Notes under the pieces: generated by a model
Databases searched by the model: none
Told to the model about the DNA's origin: nothing
What the model saw: the letters and a program-made list of their open reading frames with translations, nothing else
Assembly (NCBI GenBank): GCA_964016885.1
Contig: OZ024762.1
Coordinates: 26,908,001 to 26,972,000 of the forward strand
Source of the DNA: Eledone cirrhosa
Lineage: Eukaryota
DNA: 64,000 nucleotides
Direction: 5' to 3'
Translations under genes and position numbers: made by a program
Shown here: piece by piece, positions 61,766 to 64,000 of the stretch
Position numbering within the stretch: position 1 is the stretch's first letter
How the letters are laid out: every line of letters begins with the position of its first letter

Positions 61766-64000
61766 TGTTTCTTTTATTTGCCACTAGGGCATCAAAAGTG
61801 GGACAAGTACAAAGGGGGGAGTTTACACAAAAAGGCGTCCTCAATAAGGAGGAGGCAATAACAAAATATAAAAATAAAATAAGATATAACAAAAAATAAA
61901 ATTTTTAACAAAATCCTCAATAGAGAGGAGGCGCCTTGGGGGGTCGCACACACCCCCGAAAAAAGTGTGCAACCCTTCTCCTCAGGAGCACAGAGAAGGG
62001 GTGCTCCCTTGGTCTTTCATCTTCCTCACCTATAGTCTGATGTAGAGTGAAGGCCCATTCACACGGGCCATTCTCGCCACTTTCACCCATCTTTCATAGA
62101 AACGGCTGGGGTGCAGCACCTCTCTCTCCATCCTGATCCTTCTTCCGAAATGATATCGGAAGAAACGGACCAGTTGTTGGCCAGAGAGAAAGGTGCCTGA
62201 CCTCAGTCCTTTCAGACGCGTCCACCATACAACCTCTTTCGCCATGGCTATTACGCACAGAAACACCGCCTCTGCTTCATCTTTGAAGGGGGGAGGCGGC
62301 TTGATCATTACAATAGACTCGGTGGTCAACCGGATCGGTCCCACCCTTGACAGCAGTTGTTCGACATAGCCCCACAGATCGGCTACGCCCGAGCAGTGTA
62401 CCAATGCGTGTGCAACGGTTTCCTTGTCGCACACGCATCTGGGACAGATCTTTTTGGCGGGGTCCCTACCCGGGCGCCCGTGTCTGTAGAGCCTTTCTCG
62501 AACGGGTAAAGCCCCTCGGTAGCACTGCCAGGCCAGGGACTTCTGGAAGTTGTCCATAGGTCCCGGGCTGAATGTCCTACCGAACAGGCTGGCCAGTTCG
62601 TCCTCCTCCATGTCTAGGGCTTCTCCGAGGGCGTCGTCGCACCTGCTGCGTACCAGCCCTCTATAGAATGTTGCGGTGGAGTCTCCACTGATAACCGGAT
62701 CCGCCTGCCAGAGGGCGGTGAGCTCCCGGGCACACTCAGTGTGCCAGGCGCCCAGTTTTCTCGGTCTTTGCTTGACCCAGGATTGCAGCTCGGTGAGTGA
62801 GACGAGTCTGGGAAAGGTTCGTCTCACAAACGAGGCCCACACCGGTTGTCCGGTGAGGAATACGTAGAGGTGCCGTAGCCTTAATGCGTGTTTACGCATC
62901 ATTAGCCACGGCATCCCCAGCCCTCCTTTCGAAGGGTGTTGACAGCAGATGGATCTCCTCACCATAGGAGCCCGCCTCTTCCAAAGGAATTGGAAGAGCG
63001 CGCGCTCCATCTTGGTGAGGGTTTCCCTTGGGCAGGGCACTACGGTCAGGCGGTAGTAGATGACGGACGCTATGTAGGTGTTCGCCACCTCCGCCCGACC
63101 TTTCAGGGATAGTTTGCAACTGGCCCACTTCTGGGTCAGTGCAAACACCCTGTTCGTAACCTCCGCCCAGTTTTTCTCCACCTGGAGGTCCGGTCCGAAC
63201 CAGACCCCGAGCAACTTCACCGGGCCCTCCATCCAGCGTCCGACGACGCCATCGGAGGGCATCGGTCTGCCCCTCCACGTGCCGAGTTGCAAACCGATCG
63301 ACTTGTCCCGGTTCAGCTTAGCCCCTGTGAACTTTTCGTACGCCTCCAGTAAGGTGCCGACCGCCTCGATTTCGGAGGCCGTCGACACCATTACTGTCAC
63401 GTCATCGGCGTAGGCCGACACCGCTTTCCGCAATCCCGGTTCCAAAGGGATGCCCTGCAACAACTCCAACTTCCGCAGTAGTGGCTCTAGAGTCAACACA
63501 TACAGAAGGGAGGAGAGAGGGCACCCTTGTCGGATGGACCGCGCGATTTTGAACGGCTCCGAGAGGTAGCCGTTCACCTTGACCCTAGAGCAGATGCGGC
63601 TGCTGTGCATAGCAGTGATCCAGCCCCTGAAAACGGGTCCGAAGCCTGCCGCCGCTAGCACCGCATCCAGGTAACCATGGTCGACCCTATCGAACGCCTT
63701 AGATTGATCCAAGTTGATCAGAGCCCCACCAAAGCCGGGTTCGTTCCCAACCCTCTCTATGATGTATCGCATGAGGTGGAGGTTGTCATGGATGGACCTG
63801 GACGGGATAGCGCATGTCTGCGCATCTCCCACCAGGTTGCCCACGACAAGCGCCAACCTCTTTGCTAGCACCTTGGCCAAAATCTGTAACTCTGTATTTA
63901 GCAGTGTTATGGGCCTGAAGTTACTTATTTCGTCCCCCTTGTTCTCGTCCTTCCTCACTAGCGTGACTACGCCCTTGGTCACAGTACAGGGAATTCTCCC
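61765..64000 (-). mobile_element. Tx1/L1-clade LINE, 3' part; continues beyond the window
   Basis: Homologous to 46700-48880. The 3' end runs into (TATC)n. Confidence 0.95.
62030..63982 (-). CDS. Tx1-type ORF2 reverse transcriptase and zinc finger (partial, open frame)
   Basis: 650 aa without a stop: NFRPITLLN, LDQSKAFD, QGCPLS, YADD, KGGLG and CPRC..ETVAHALVHC. Confidence 0.92.
   Translation of the reverse strand: MTKGVVTLVRKDENKGDEISNFRPITLLNTELQILAKVLAKRLALVVGNLVGDAQTCAIPSRSIHDNLHLMRYIIERVGNEPGFGGALINLDQSKAFDRVDHGYLDAVLAAAGFGPVFRGWITAMHSSRICSRVKVNGYLSEPFKIARSIRQGCPLSSLLYVLTLEPLLRKLELLQGIPLEPGLRKAVSAYADDVTVMVSTASEIEAVGTLLEAYEKFTGAKLNRDKSIGLQLGTWRGRPMPSDGVVGRWMEGPVKLLGVWFGPDLQVEKNWAEVTNRVFALTQKWASCKLSLKGRAEVANTYIASVIYYRLTVVPCPRETLTKMERALFQFLWKRRAPMVRRSICCQHPSKGGLGMPWLMMRKHALRLRHLYVFLTGQPVWASFVRRTFPRLVSLTELQSWVKQRPRKLGAWHTECARELTALWQADPVISGDSTATFYRGLVRSRCDDALGEALDMEEDELASLFGRTFSPGPMDNFQKSLAWQCYRGALPVRERLYRHGRPGRDPAKKICPRCVCDKETVAHALVHCSGVADLWGYVEQLLSRVGPIRLTTESIVMIKPPPPFKDEAEAVFLCVIAMAKEVVWWTRLKGLRSGTFLSGQQLVRFFRYHFGRRIRMEREVLHPSRFYERWVKVARMARVNGPSLYIRL

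Overview
Gene-free, repeat-saturated animal DNA. The SINE family, the RTE 5' motifs and the extreme (TA)n/(CA)n load point to a cephalopod/octopus-like genome (inference). No host protein-coding exon could be supported, and most ORFs in the track are microsatellite read-through. The window holds decayed non-LTR retrotransposons of four clades (RTE, CR1, R4/Dong, Tx1/L1), several Penelope-like elements (PLEs; RT plus GIY-YIG with a CxCx5C motif), four tRNA-derived SINEs, four copies of a ~550-bp bipartite RTE-derived element and a possible Helentron/DINE-like element. The main signal came from reading both strands by eye: about 18 complete type I hammerhead ribozyme motifs, plus several degenerate or half copies, from roughly a dozen distinct sequence families. 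Most sit in short ORF-less modules inside (TA)n tracts, often as inverted pairs or fold-back palindromes. Recurrent core variants are U3-A8 covariation, U4C, a U.U stem II closing position and palindromic stem III. A degenerate HDV-like ribozyme is also proposed at the 5' end of the bipartite RTE element. All folds were derived manually and none was tested.
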